Below, piece by piece: positions 35,180 to 44,500 of a DNA stretch of 64,000 nt. Position numbers and translations under genes: made by a program. Numbering within the stretch: the first letter of the stretch is position 1; each line of letters begins with the position of its first letter. Location: NCBI GenBank assembly GCA_035575235.1, contig DATLYA010000316.1, forward strand, positions 32,245 to 96,244. The letters run 5' to 3'. This DNA comes from Candidatus Methylomirabilota bacterium. GTDB lineage: Bacteria > Desulfobacterota > Binatia > Bin18. The notes under the pieces are model-generated. The model was given only the letters and a program-made list of their open reading frames with translations. It searched no databases and had not been told where the DNA came from.

Positions 35180-36049
35180 CTATCTCTCTTTTTTCTCCAA
35201 TCTTACGCCCAACGCTCTCTGCGTTTCTGGCGGCAGGCCTGTGGGGTCCAACAACATGCCGTACAGCTTCAACCAATGGGTGTGCGCAAGCTGATGCAGG
35301 GCAAAGGACGTCTGCATGGCTTGCGCGCGGCCCTGAACATCCTGCGCCACGTTTACCGCTTCCTTCGTTAATTTGAGTGCAAATAACGATTTCTTGGCGA
35401 TCTTCCGCGCCATCTCTAGAGCAAATTCTTGCAACTGCTCGCGCGGGACGATCTGATTCACCATGCCCAGCTGTTGCGCCTCCTGTGCTGAAATCCAGTC
35501 CGACGTAAAGAGCAACTCTTTTGCCTTTCGCACGCCGAGCTCCCAGGGGTGTTGAAAGAATTCCACTCCCCCAATGCCGAAACTCACCACCGGATCGCAA
35601 AACTGCGCATCGTCGCTGGCGATGATAATATCACAGGGCCAGATGAGCATGAGGCCGCCCGCCACCACCTTGCCCTGCACCGCGGCAATCGTCGGCTTGG
35701 GCACATTGCGCCAGCGCTCACTGAAACCAATGTAGATCTCCTTTTCGCGCGCCATTTGCGCCTCGGCGCCCTCGCAGGTAAATCCACACCAGGTGCCAAC
35801 CGTACGAAACTCCGACATCTTTTGGTAGGGATTCTGTTCGCGTAAATCATGTCCAGAGGAAAAATGCGGACCATTGGCGGCCAGAATAATCACCTTTACA
35901 TTGTCATCTTGCGCGGCAGTGTCAAACGCATCGTTTAATTCGTAGAGCATGCGCGTATCTTGCGAGTTGCGCGTCTCCGGTCGGTTTAACACAATGCGCG
36001 CGACATGCTCGGCTGGGGTTTCATACAGAATCGTTTCGAACTCTTTCAT
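35180..36049 (-). CDS. Enoyl-CoA hydratase/isomerase (crotonase) family protein
   Basis: ...ARIVLNRPETRNSQD..., ...AAVQGKVVAGGLML..., ...GGVEFF... oxyanion-hole motifs. ATG at 36049 after GGAGGG. Confidence 0.85.
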   Translation of the reverse strand: MKEFETILYETPAEHVARIVLNRPETRNSQDTRMLYELNDAFDTAAQDDNVKVIILAANGPHFSSGHDLREQNPYQKMSEFRTVGTWCGFTCEGAEAQMAREKEIYIGFSERWRNVPKPTIAAVQGKVVAGGLMLIWPCDIIIASDDAQFCDPVVSFGIGGVEFFQHPWELGVRKAKELLFTSDWISAQEAQQLGMVNQIVPREQLQEFALEMARKIAKKSLFALKLTKEAVNVAQDVQGRAQAMQTSFALHQLAHTHWLKLYGMLLDPTGLPPETQRALGVRLEKKER

Positions 36050-36064
36050 ATGCCCTCCTGTATA

Positions 36065-36120
36065 AATCCCCCCCGCGCTTTGCGCTTTCCCCTTTTGCAA
36101 CGGGGGGATCAGGGGGGATT
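36065..36120. repeat. Palindromic G/C-run element AATCCCCCC...GGGGGGATT
   Basis: aatcccccccgcgctttgcgctttccccttttgcaacggggggatcaggggggatt, with an inner cccc-ttttgcaa-cgggg pair. Confidence 0.6.
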
Positions 36121-36149
36121 TTTCTTCTCCGCTGTATTCCTAGCGGCCA

Positions 36150-36797
36150 TTACTTCGGCTTAAACATCGCTTCTTCTTCGTCAATCACCGCTTTGAATGA
36201 AGGACGCGCGTGAACGTTAGCAATGTACTTCGCCAGCTTGGGCCAGCGGCTGGCGTCCACCGTCAACCTGGCGTGACGCAGGTTCACAAAATGAGTAGCA
36301 ACGCCGATATCGCCGATGGAGAATTTCCCGCCAACGAGCGCTGTGGCGTTCTCACTTAGTTGGCTTTCCAGGTAATCAAAGACTGGCGGCACATCTTTCT
36401 CGATGCAGGCCTGTACCGCTGCTTCATCCGTTTGTTGCTTGAAGAGCAGCGGCATCACCACACGCTGACGGAAAATAACCCCGGTGAGCGCAGAAATCCC
36501 CCCATCTCCGTATTCCTCAAACCACAGCGCCCGCCCATATTCCACCGGATCCGCCGGAAAGAGTATGGGCTGAGGATGTTTCTTTTCCAGGTAGGCGCAG
36601 ATAACGGAGGAGTCCGCCAGCGTGACATTGCCGTCCTGCATGGCTGGAATCTTTCCCAGAGGGCTGATTTTGCGATACTCTGGCCCGGCGGTAAACGGAT
36701 TCACCGGCTCCAGTTCATACGGAATGTTTTTCTCGGCCAGGTATACTCGCACCTTTCTCACGAATGGAGAAAGATTCGCTCCTAAAATCTTCAGCAT
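36150..36797 (-). CDS. Glutathione S-transferase
   Basis: MLKILGANLSPFVRKVRVYLAEKNIPYE...GKIPAMQDG is the thioredoxin-like GST N-domain. ATG at 36797 after AAGGAG. Confidence 0.8.
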   Translation of the reverse strand: MLKILGANLSPFVRKVRVYLAEKNIPYELEPVNPFTAGPEYRKISPLGKIPAMQDGNVTLADSSVICAYLEKKHPQPILFPADPVEYGRALWFEEYGDGGISALTGVIFRQRVVMPLLFKQQTDEAAVQACIEKDVPPVFDYLESQLSENATALVGGKFSIGDIGVATHFVNLRHARLTVDASRWPKLAKYIANVHARPSFKAVIDEEEAMFKPK

Positions 36798-36948
36798 CAC
36801 ACAACTCCTTTCTACCTGCCTTGCGGCGTTTCTGTACTCGTTTAGCGTTTTGCGTCGCCCACCCTGTTTTACTCGTTCAGAAGCCCGGGGACTAGCCCAT
36901 ACTGCCCGTCCCGCATACACTAACGACATTCCACATCAGGAGGGAACA

Positions 36949-37557
36949 ATGAAGATCTACGACAGCAACACCGCGCCAAACCCTCGCCGCGTTCGCATTT
37001 TTCTTGCTGAAAAAGGCGTCCAGGTTCCCTATGAGCAGGTCGATATCGTTAATGCCGTCAATCGCGGCCCGCAATTTCGCCAAAAGAATCCCTTGGGCAC
37101 TTTACCCGTATTAGAGCTAGACGACGGCACGTGCATTGCCGAAAGCGTAGCGATCTGCCGCTATTTTGAAGAGCTGCACCCACAGCCGCCACTCATGGGA
37201 GTCGACGCCAAAGATAAAGCCCTCGTCGAAATGTGGCAGCGGCGCATGGAGCTTGGTCTTCTCATCCCCATTGCTGACGCTTTCCGACAGCGACACGAGT
37301 TTTTCAAAGGGCGGATTCTTCAGGTTCCAGAATATGCGGAAGTGCAAAAGAAAAATGCCGAGAGCTGCCTGGCGTGGCTGGACGGCGTGCTGGCCGATCG
37401 TCCATTCATCGCCGGCGAGCGCTACACCATCGCCGACATCACTGCTTTGTGCGCCATCGACTTTGGACGTGTGTCGAAGATTAAAATTGCGCCTGAACAG
37501 AAGAACCTGGCGCGCTGGCATGAGGCGGTGTCGAGCAGGCCAAGTGCAAAAGCATAA
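36949..37557 (+). CDS. Glutathione S-transferase
   Basis: MKIYDSNTAPNPRRVRIFLAEKGV...LGTLPVLELDDG...ESVAICRYFEE. ATG after GGAGGG. The upstream part of ORF 36622.. is antisense to the other GST. Confidence 0.85.
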   Translation: MKIYDSNTAPNPRRVRIFLAEKGVQVPYEQVDIVNAVNRGPQFRQKNPLGTLPVLELDDGTCIAESVAICRYFEELHPQPPLMGVDAKDKALVEMWQRRMELGLLIPIADAFRQRHEFFKGRILQVPEYAEVQKKNAESCLAWLDGVLADRPFIAGERYTIADITALCAIDFGRVSKIKIAPEQKNLARWHEAVSSRPSAKA

Positions 37558-37628
37558 GAAAGTCCCGAGTGCCGGTGCTGAGTGGAAAGTGAAAAGTAGG
37601 AAACGAGAGGCTTGGAGGAACAGCCAAG

Positions 37629-39263
37629 GTGGCCGCGAAAGACACCGTGCTTGACGAGCTGCTCACCCTTATCCAGGAGGGAACAGTTGAACGCCGCTGC
37701 GCCGCGTTGCTCGTGCTCGGCGCGTTGAAACGGCAAGACGACCGCGTCGTCGAGATCGCCGGGAGCCTGTTGGCGCAGCCCAATCCCGTGCTCAAAGACT
37801 ATGCCTTGCGTTACTTCGAGGACGCACGCCCCAAAGCCGGGCTATCCGTTCTGCCATCGCTCTTGGACGATCCAGACAAAGAGATCCAGGAGCGGGCGAT
37901 TCGCTTGCTCGTAGGATTTGGTTCGGCGGCGGTGCGCCCGGTGCTGCATGGTGCGTCAGACGGCAGCCGCGTACGGCAGATCAACAGCGCACGTGTTCTC
38001 AACGCCGTTGGCGGACAAGCAGCCTGGAAGGGCATTTTTCAAATCCTGACGCGCAATGACGTCGAGTGTAACCGCACTGTCTGTGATCTGTTGACGCCCA
38101 CCCTCCGCGAGTTGAACGAGCAGGAGCAAGACCTCTTCTATAATGAGTGTGTTTCGTTCGCGGAGTCGCTCGATGAGCACACGCAACGCTCTGCGGTGAT
38201 CTCTGCTATTCGCTTGTTCGGCCAACTCGGGCGGCCACAGGCGCGCAAATGGCTGTTCGACTTCGTCACCCCAGAACATCATCCCAGTGTGCGCTTCCAC
38301 GCCATCGTGGCTCTGCTGCACTGCCTACGCGAGCAAAAACTGCAAAAATCCGAACTCAATAAACTGCTGCCGATTTTGGAAGAGAAGGAGTATTCCGATG
38401 TTGTGCGGCTCACGCTCGAGTTGCTCGACGCGCACCCCCTGCCGGACGAGGTGCAGTCCCAGCTTTCCCGCCTCGTTGAGAGCGCGCATATTCCGGTACA
38501 AAAGTTCGCCTTGCGCAAGCTCGGCGAGTTTGAATCGCCCACTGTGGTGAAAACCTTGCTCCAACAACTCAGCGATCCTGATGTGGCGCGCCGCGACACA
38601 GCGGCCCGCACCTTACGCAAGATTCCAGCGGCGCGTCCAGCACTTATCAAGGAGTTGCTGAGCTGTGCAGACACGCGCAAAGCCTGGGCCATTGCCGAAA
38701 TCCTGCCTACGTATGAGGGCAAGTGGCGGAAAGAGCAACTGGAAAACTTGTGGGAGCGCTTGCGCAGCGCCATCGAAGAAGAAGATCGCATTCGCGACGC
38801 CTTTCTTCACGTCCTGAAGAGCGCCGACGCCGATTATACCTATGAACAACTCGCCGCTCGCGCGGCGCAACTGGTCAAAGGGAAGAAGTACAGAGAAGCC
38901 GTGCGGTTCTTCGCGCTGCTGCGAGATTTTCCCCAGTGCACGCCGGAAGACCGCTTTCGCTTCGCGCTTACACAGTTTAAGCTTCATACGCATACACTGG
39001 GACCGAACGCGCACCGGCAAGATCCCACGCTGGACGCCTTTGCCGAATTGTACCGCTCGTCCGCGTTCCCGCTGCTGGAGTCTTTGAAAAAAGAGAAAAC
39101 GCTGGAGCCTGACGATTTGTTCTATCTGGGATTTTGCTTTGCGGAACGCGCGGGTGACGAACGCGCCCTGGGTGAAGGGCTCTTGGAGTTCCTCGCCGAC
39201 AAACATGGCCGCACGAAAATCGGTAAGAGCGCGAAGAACAAATTAAAATTGTTAGAAGCTTAG
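37629..39263 (+). CDS. HEAT/armadillo-like repeat protein
   Basis: 544 aa, all-helical repeat pattern (RRCAALLVLGALK, EIQERAIRLLVGFG, VRFHAIVALL ...). GTG start. Confidence 0.6.
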   Translation: MAAKDTVLDELLTLIQEGTVERRCAALLVLGALKRQDDRVVEIAGSLLAQPNPVLKDYALRYFEDARPKAGLSVLPSLLDDPDKEIQERAIRLLVGFGSAAVRPVLHGASDGSRVRQINSARVLNAVGGQAAWKGIFQILTRNDVECNRTVCDLLTPTLRELNEQEQDLFYNECVSFAESLDEHTQRSAVISAIRLFGQLGRPQARKWLFDFVTPEHHPSVRFHAIVALLHCLREQKLQKSELNKLLPILEEKEYSDVVRLTLELLDAHPLPDEVQSQLSRLVESAHIPVQKFALRKLGEFESPTVVKTLLQQLSDPDVARRDTAARTLRKIPAARPALIKELLSCADTRKAWAIAEILPTYEGKWRKEQLENLWERLRSAIEEEDRIRDAFLHVLKSADADYTYEQLAARAAQLVKGKKYREAVRFFALLRDFPQCTPEDRFRFALTQFKLHTHTLGPNAHRQDPTLDAFAELYRSSAFPLLESLKKEKTLEPDDLFYLGFCFAERAGDERALGEGLLEFLADKHGRTKIGKSAKNKLKLLEA

Positions 39264-39281
39264 CAGCTTACGGAGGACTCA

Positions 39282-40475
39282 ATGGAACGTCCCTTACGCT
39301 TTGGCATTTTCATGGCGCCCTTTCATCCCGCCGGGCAGAACCCGACCCTGGCCTTAGAGCGTGATCTGGAATTACTGGTGCGCCTGGACGAGCTGGGATA
39401 CGACGAGGCGTGGATTGGCGAGCATCACTCCGCCGGCCTGGAGATTATTGCCTCGCCGGAAGTGTTCATCGCCGCCGCTGCGCAACGGACGCGTCACATT
39501 CGCCTGGGCACTGGAGTGTGCTCCCTCCCCTATCATCACCCGCTCATGCTGGCCGATCGCATGGTGCTGCTTGACCACCTCACGCGCGGGCGAGCCATGT
39601 TCGGCGTAGGTCCTGGCGCGTTGCCGTCCGACGCTTACATGATGGGCATCGATCCCGCCACGCAGCGTGAGCGTATGGAGGAATCACTGGGGGCGATCAT
39701 GGCGTTGCTCACCTCTGAGGAGCCGGTTTCGCTGCAGACCGATTGGTTCACCTTACGTGAGGCTCGGCTGCAACTGCGCCCGTACACCTATCCTCATTTT
39801 GAGGTCGCCGTGGCCGCCACGGTGTCGCCAGCTGGGCCGCGCACGGCGGGTCGTTATGGCGTCGGACTGCTCTCGCTTGGCGCCACCAGCATGGGCGGGT
39901 TCGCCGTGTTAGGCGATCACTGGAAGATTTGGAATGACCAGGCGCAGAAATTTGGCCATCAGATTGACCGCTCAACCTGGCGCCTGGTGGGTCCGATGCA
40001 CGTGGCCCCGACACGCAAGCAGGCTTTTGAAGAAGTAGAATACGGCATTCACGAGTGGATTGATTACTTCCGCAATGTCGTCGCGCTGCCGCTAGCGCCC
40101 GAGGAGCCGGATCCCCGCAAATGGCCGCAAGCCTTCGTAGAGTCCGGCACAGCGGTCATCGGCACGCCGGATGATGCAGCAGCTCAGATTGAGCGGTTGC
40201 AAAAGCAGTCTGGCGGCTTTGGCTGCTTCCTCATCATGGCTAATGACTGGGTCGAGCCGCGGGCGGCGCTCGCCTCCTATGAATTGATCGCCAGGGAAGT
40301 CTTCCCGCGCTTTCAAGGCTCGGCTGACTGGACTGTGAGGTCTAGAGAGTGGTGCCGCAGGGATCACGATAGTCTCATCGGCGGCGCACTGAATGCCGTG
40401 GTGAAAGAAATCGACCGCTACGAGAAAGAAACGGGCTACCGAATTACCGTGGCCAGCCCGCCGCAGGAACGATAG
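39282..40475 (+). CDS. LLM-class flavin-dependent oxidoreductase
   Basis: LRFGIFMAPFHP...LDELGYDEAWIGEHHS... Confidence 0.8.
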   Translation: MERPLRFGIFMAPFHPAGQNPTLALERDLELLVRLDELGYDEAWIGEHHSAGLEIIASPEVFIAAAAQRTRHIRLGTGVCSLPYHHPLMLADRMVLLDHLTRGRAMFGVGPGALPSDAYMMGIDPATQRERMEESLGAIMALLTSEEPVSLQTDWFTLREARLQLRPYTYPHFEVAVAATVSPAGPRTAGRYGVGLLSLGATSMGGFAVLGDHWKIWNDQAQKFGHQIDRSTWRLVGPMHVAPTRKQAFEEVEYGIHEWIDYFRNVVALPLAPEEPDPRKWPQAFVESGTAVIGTPDDAAAQIERLQKQSGGFGCFLIMANDWVEPRAALASYELIAREVFPRFQGSADWTVRSREWCRRDHDSLIGGALNAVVKEIDRYEKETGYRITVASPPQER

Positions 40476-40550
40476 GAGGCAATCTGGGAGTCCTCGCCCG
40501 GCGATCAATCGCCGGGCTGACTGCACCAAGCCTGGTTCACCAGGCTCCCA

Positions 40551-40572
40551 GGCGGCTTCAGCCGCCTTTGTT
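40551..40572 (+). terminator. Candidate intrinsic terminator
   Basis: GGCGGC-TTCA-GCCGCC followed by TTTGTTC. One of four consecutive hairpins between convergent genes. Confidence 0.5.
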
Positions 40573-40624
40573 CATTGAGCCCGGAGCTGAAGCGCCGGGC
40601 GGGGCTCATCGTTATTAATATCCA

Positions 40625-41446
40625 TCAATGCATCTCGATCCCACCATCGACATTGATCGCCTGGCCAGTGACGTTCTCTGCGGTCGCAAGATAGACGGCT
40701 AATTGACCAATATCATCTGGCGTCTGCGGACGGCCTAGCGGGATCATGCCTCTGATGTACCGCTGCCAGGCGTCCTCTTTGGATTCATTGGGTCGTTTTA
40801 AGGTCTCAGCTAAATACTCCCACATCTGGGTGCGCAAGATGCCGGGGCAAATAGCGTTCACGCGAATGTTGGCGGCAGCCAATTCCTTGGCCAGCGAATT
40901 GGTAAACCCCACGACTGCGAATTTGGACGCGCAGTAATGGGCCAGCCCCGCTGCGCCATTTTTACCCGCAATCGAGGCGATATTGATAATGCACCCTTTA
41001 CCTTGAGTTTTCAGCGCCGGAATAGCAGCCTGGCAGGAGAGAAAGACCCCTTTGACGTTGACGGCAAAAGTTAAATCCCAGGTCTCCTCGGTCATTGATT
41101 CTACAGGAGCAACGCTTACGACACCGGCGTTGCAGACAAGAACGTTGAGCGCGCCTAACTGACTGAGCGTTTCTTCGACCATGCGCACATTATCGCTTTT
41201 CTTTGTGACATCCGCCTGAATCGCCAGCGACCGGCGACCGAGCGCGGTGATTTCGGCGGCGGTTTTCTGCGCCTCGGTAAAGCCGCCGATGTTAGTGTTG
41301 CTGTACTGCTGGGCTGTGCTCGTCATTTGTTCAAGATCGGCAATCGCCACATCGGCCCCGGCCCGAGCCAGAGCGAGTGCAATGCCTCGCCCAATCCCTC
41401 GCGCGCCGCCGGTTACCAGCGCTACCTGGTCATTCAGTAATGTCAT
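40625..41446 (-). CDS. Short-chain dehydrogenase/reductase (SDR, FabG-like)
   Basis: VTGGARGIGRGIA, NAGV, YCASKFAV. ATG at 41446 after AAGGAGAG. Confidence 0.85.
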   Translation of the reverse strand: MTLLNDQVALVTGGARGIGRGIALALARAGADVAIADLEQMTSTAQQYSNTNIGGFTEAQKTAAEITALGRRSLAIQADVTKKSDNVRMVEETLSQLGALNVLVCNAGVVSVAPVESMTEETWDLTFAVNVKGVFLSCQAAIPALKTQGKGCIINIASIAGKNGAAGLAHYCASKFAVVGFTNSLAKELAAANIRVNAICPGILRTQMWEYLAETLKRPNESKEDAWQRYIRGMIPLGRPQTPDDIGQLAVYLATAENVTGQAINVDGGIEMH

Positions 41447-42453
41447 ATCTCTCTCCTTGAAGTGTGATACGGCAATAGTCAGGTGAACGAACGTCACACG
41501 CAGCGACCTTGTTATCAGCCGGGTTCCGCTCGCGCTTAGAGCAGACTCCGTCACGTTCGATGAATATTGTTTCTCTATTTAAGCGCACGCCGTGTGTCTT
41601 GAGAGTGTATATGGAATGCCATAAGATATTAATCGTTCCCAGGCGCTATGGAGGTCAGCTGCGGTTGCCTGCTCGCATGAGGGAATGGCCCGGCGCTGAT
41701 CACATATACATATATAGGAAGATCCAGGATGCCAAGGTTGGCGCTATCTCAGCTTGTGTGTCCTCGCTGCATTTGGAGCGGGGTTGGGACCATTGTGCTC
41801 AAAGTGGTGGTCGTCTTGATGCTCGTGAATTGTTTTCCGGTTGTTGATCATGCTCCATCCGTCACCCAAGCCTATGCTGGGATCGGCGGCTCCCCTCTCG
41901 AGGAAGCCTCGCGGCACGCGCAGGACCTCAGTGAGCAGTGCGCACAGCAAATTTTTGGATTCTTCTTCCCCGTAGTCCTCAATCCATCTTTCTCTCCAGG
42001 ATTATACCGTCTTTTCCTTTTTTGGTCTCTCTTAAGTTGGACTATCCTCTTCATTGCGCTGTTTTTTCCCCGTCGGTTTTTATTCATTCGTCCTTCCGCT
42101 GACGACGACCCACCCCTCAATTACGCCTCTTTGTAGCGCGTCCCGGCGCAGGGTCTGAGCTGCGTCTCTGCCGTATAGCGTCTGCACGGTAACATCGACG
42201 TGACAGGCAGTCGCAGGTTTGCCCCCTAGACCAAAGACGGGTCACACTGCGTCAAGGCGCGTCCTCCGCGACGCCGCTCCTCCAGAGCGCCACTGTCAGA
42301 ACCCCCTTGTGCCTGATGGTCGCGCTGAGCAGCGCACGCTTCACAATCAACGTCAGTTTTCTTCGCAAACGAAGGACTTATGCCTATGTCAGCACCACGT
42401 GTCTTTTCGGAATCTCCAACAGCCGGTCCTCTATCTCCGTCAAAAAAGAAAAG

Positions 42454-42479
42454 GGAACTTTTGCCTCGTGTCTTTCGTC
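42454..42479 (+). promoter_or_regulatory. Candidate ECF-type autoregulated promoter
   Basis: GGAAC - 17 nt - CGTC, about 30 nt upstream of the sigma-factor ATG. Confidence 0.35.
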
Positions 42480-42508
42480 TCTCTAGTAAAGAGCGACCCT
42501 CGTGGCCC

Positions 42509-43081
42509 ATGCGATATCAGGAATTCTGCGCGTTGGCCGCCAGTTACATGGCTCCACTGTACAATACCGCCCGACGGATCACCGGAGACCCGCATGAGGC
42601 GGAAGATTTAGTGCAGGATACGTATGAACGAGCATTACACGCGTATCACCAACTCAAGAGTCCGGCCCACTGCCGCGCGTGGCTGTACCAGATTCTCCGG
42701 AACCTGTTTATCGATGCTCATCGGCGTAAACGGTCTCTACCCGAACTCGTCGTCTTCGACAGGACGCGGGATATCGACCAGACGGTGTCTGCTCTCTGCG
42801 CCGCCAGCCCTGAAGAGGAAGTCTTACGCCGCCTCTCACATGAAGAAGTGCATCGCGCCTTGGCGACGTTGCCCGAGGAGCTGCGCACGGCGCTTATGCT
42901 CTGCGATGTTGAAGGGTTTACGTATCAGGAGATCGCCAACATTCTTGAGTGCCCTGTGGGAACGGTCCGCTCACGGATCGCCCGAGCGCGTCGCGCGTTA
43001 TTGATAAAGTTCCGCACCCAACACACTGCAACCGATGAAGAAACGAGAGTTCACCATGGCGCGTTGCACGAAAACGACTGA
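42509..43081 (+). CDS. ECF (group IV) RNA polymerase sigma-70 factor
   Basis: Region 2 is DLVQDTYERALHAY...WLYQILRNLFIDAHRR. Region 4 is FTYQEIANILECPVGTVRSRIARAR. Confidence 0.85.
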   Translation: MRYQEFCALAASYMAPLYNTARRITGDPHEAEDLVQDTYERALHAYHQLKSPAHCRAWLYQILRNLFIDAHRRKRSLPELVVFDRTRDIDQTVSALCAASPEEEVLRRLSHEEVHRALATLPEELRTALMLCDVEGFTYQEIANILECPVGTVRSRIARARRALLIKFRTQHTATDEETRVHHGALHEND

Positions 43082-43847
43082 GGAACTCAGCGCCTACATC
43101 GATGGCGAAGTCTCCCCTGAGGAAGAACTCCTGCTACGACGTCACCTTGACGGGTGCCCCACATGTCAACAGACGCTCACCATATTCTCTGCGCTGAAAG
43201 ACACGGTAGCGAGCGCTGTGGAGGTCTATCCGCTTCCTCACGCCCTGCGGGTGGTTCTCAAAGAACGCCCCCAGTCCCTCCGTTGGCCCTTGTTCTCGTG
43301 GACGCCGTTCTTGAAAGGCGGACTCATTGCCGCGTTGCTTTTGCTCGCTTTTATCGCTGGTGCAGGATTGGTCAGGCAAAGGCGCTCACCGCAGCCGGAA
43401 GATCTGCTTGCTTCCACCCTCGTCGCGCAGCATCAGTCTGTGAGTCCGGAGGCCGATGAGCTAGGGATTTCGTCAGAGGATCCGGACGTTGTTGCGGCAT
43501 GGTTCCAGACCCAACTGTCGTTTCCTGTCCGCGTGCCCCACCTCGCCGAAGCCCGTCTGTTAGGGGGACGGATCAAGTCTCTAGGCGGCGCTCCGATTGC
43601 ACTTGTCTCATACGAGCAAGAGGGCGCCCGACTGTCGCTGTTTACGCTGCCGCCGCGTGTCTCTCTACGCGAAATGAGCGGCAGGTCGCCTTCCGACGCG
43701 TCCTCTCCGCAGTGTTCCATCGTGTTGGGCGCCTACGCCCTCTGTCTTCAAGAATCGGAAGAGGCCCTACAGGCTGTCGTGACCGAAGGGGCGACAAAAG
43801 GAGAGGAGTTCGCGCGCCGCCTGTTGTTTCCTTCAGCCAATGAATAA
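43056..43847 (+). CDS. Anti-sigma factor (zf-HC2, single-pass membrane)
   Basis: HLDGCPTCQQ zinc-finger motif, then a TM segment (GGLIAALLLLAFIAGAGLV). Overlaps the sigma gene's 3' end. Confidence 0.7.
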   Translation: MARCTKTTEELSAYIDGEVSPEEELLLRRHLDGCPTCQQTLTIFSALKDTVASAVEVYPLPHALRVVLKERPQSLRWPLFSWTPFLKGGLIAALLLLAFIAGAGLVRQRRSPQPEDLLASTLVAQHQSVSPEADELGISSEDPDVVAAWFQTQLSFPVRVPHLAEARLLGGRIKSLGGAPIALVSYEQEGARLSLFTLPPRVSLREMSGRSPSDASSPQCSIVLGAYALCLQESEEALQAVVTEGATKGEEFARRLLFPSANE

Positions 43848-43898
43848 AAGGGCTGACGGCGTTTAACCCGGTTGTCGGTTCGTTTTGAGGAGGTTTCT

Positions 43899-44384
43899 AT
43901 GATGAAGGCTGGATATGCCACGATAGTCACCGCGCTGTGGGGGATTGGCGTCTTGACTATATCTATCGTGGGATGTGCAGAGCCGACACAGGTGCGGTGG
44001 AGCGATCAGATGGCGGTCATTGAACCGACGGCGCCCCCGCCGCAGGGAGAGCTGGATGTCTACAGTGAACGGTTTGTCGCGTGGCAGGAAGACGTGCCGC
44101 GGGTGACCCATCGTCCCGTGAATGTCTATAGCGTGGACGGGCAGTTAGTCGCGCACGCGGGGGCGCACGATGGGGAAAGTCCCCTTCACTTCACGCTGAG
44201 CCCCGGCCGCTACATCGTGACCTCAGAGGATCAGATGCAGTGGCGCAAACTGGAAGTCGAGGTCAAAGATGGACAGGACACCGTCGTTGCAGAGTCGCAA
44301 TGGGATTCCGCTCCACTGTTGGCCTCTTCGGACACAGAGCATGCCCCACAGATGGCGGCCCATCAGTCCACCACCCTGAAGTGA
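43899..44384 (+). CDS. Hypothetical lipoprotein
   Basis: GAGGAGG RBS. Signal peptide with lipobox ISIVGC. Confidence 0.55.
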   Translation: MMKAGYATIVTALWGIGVLTISIVGCAEPTQVRWSDQMAVIEPTAPPPQGELDVYSERFVAWQEDVPRVTHRPVNVYSVDGQLVAHAGAHDGESPLHFTLSPGRYIVTSEDQMQWRKLEVEVKDGQDTVVAESQWDSAPLLASSDTEHAPQMAAHQSTTLK

Positions 44385-44500
44385 GCTTCGCTCTCCGCAG
44401 CGGCGGTAGCAGAGGTGGCGGACTGCCATCAAGAGCAAACGAAAGAAGTTAACTTCTTCAAGGAAACTGGGAGTCGGCATGATGAAGGAAGAGGCGCGAC

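Noticed and set aside
36622-36948. N-terminal extensions of the ORF-track calls, for example 36622..37557 and 47356..49002. The same applies to the 5' parts of 4610..5479, 29865..30929, 35180..36100, 36150..36929, 40625..41554 and 42380..43081.
   Set aside because: The extensions overlap neighbouring genes or repeats and have no homology-like sequence. Internal ATGs with good Shine-Dalgarno sites coincide with the family-typical N-termini.
41729-42136. A 135-aa ORF that could encode a small membrane protein upstream of the ECF sigma gene.
   Set aside because: It has weak G/C third-position bias compared with neighbouring genes, no RBS that I can see, and a T/C-rich low-complexity C-terminal half. 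It is kept only as part of the anomalous-region finding.
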